The position numbers and the translations under genes were made by a program. Positions 63,158 to 64,000 of a stretch of DNA of 64,000 bases are shown piece by piece (the first letter of the stretch is position 1; each line of letters begins with the position of its first letter). The notes beneath the pieces were generated by a model. It was given only the letters and a program-made list of their open reading frames with translations. It was not told the origin of the DNA and did not search any database. Source of the DNA: Felis catus (taxonomy: Eukaryota). The DNA lies in contig NC_058382.1 of NCBI RefSeq assembly GCF_018350175.1, positions 6,944,001-7,008,000 of the forward strand, given 5' to 3'.

Positions 63158-64000
63158 GTGACCGCCCCCCCCCAACCTCCCCGAATCCTGCGGCCGTGTG
63201 CTTCCGGGGTCACTGTATGGGAGGTCTTCTCGTACCTCTGATCTCTCCCGCTCTTCCCCCAAACGTCAAAGTACACCAGAGGGCAAAGATCAAGGACTGT
63301 GCGGTTCAGACTTCAGATCTCTCTTCATTCAGACCAGGCCCCTCTGGGGTCATGACCCCGTTCCCTTTTCTCGAGTCTGGACTCGCTGTCTTCATAGGGT
63401 GCAGTGCGAGTTACCTTCTCTATTTCTTACCTGCTGGAGGTGTCATGGCCCCTATTTATTAACACATGGAGAAACTGAGGCACCGAGAGGTCACTCAGCT
63501 AGGATGGGATAGAGCTGAGATTTCCGCTCCAGGTCTGTCTGACTCCTCAACCCAACTAAATGCTTTGCACACAAGCCACACTTTAACCTTTAGGCTGCTT
63601 TGCACACTCCGTTGATTATTCCAATACCGGGCGCTGTGGGAACCCAGAAACTGTCTTTTACCCTACGTAGCCACAGGGTGAGTGAAGAGGTCCTGCTGGG
63701 AAGGGAGGGTGAAGTGTTTGCTGGAGACGGAATCCCGTCGGACTGAGCTGGTGGAATGAGCCCCATTCTCCATGAGGGGGCTGGGGGCAGCGTCTCTGAG
63801 GGCCTGGCTTGCCCCCAGAGAGAAGCTGGTCTGGACAGAGGTGAATCAGACGCAGTCTCGCAGGCCCGTGTCTCCTATTACTTGGCTTAAAGCAGACTGA
63901 AGGTGGTGACTGCCCATCCACGTGTGTCCCCACCATCAGACTGGGGTTCCACCTCTGCGTCTCCAGCATTGCCCAGCATAGGACCTAGCTTGCCAGAGGC

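Overview
Mammalian genomic DNA, almost certainly felid: it is dense in tRNA-derived Can-SINEs of the feline SINEC_Fc type and carries carnivore L1. It is syntenic with the human 19q13.4 CD33-related Siglec cluster edge. All genes lie on the + strand, in this order: (1) 3' remnant of a decayed inhibitory-type CD33r-Siglec pseudogene; (2) an intact 394-aa, 3-Ig activating-type Siglec with a Siglec-14-like Arg-containing transmembrane segment and no ITIM; (3) about 15 kb of stacked L1/LTR/SINE; (4) intact SIGLEC10 (716 aa) with a 4x18-bp coding tandem repeat in its cytoplasmic tail; (5) an orphan CCAAT-rich CpG island at about 38.4-39.0 kb; (6) C19orf84; (7) the tetraspan trio LIM2, NKG7 and CLDND2; (8) ETFB exon 1. 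I read exon structures by hand from GT-AG sites and checked that frames and lengths close. Comparisons with human proteins and repeat consensus sequences are from memory, not from searches. Single transcription-factor motif calls are hypotheses. Several N-runs hide parts of repeats.
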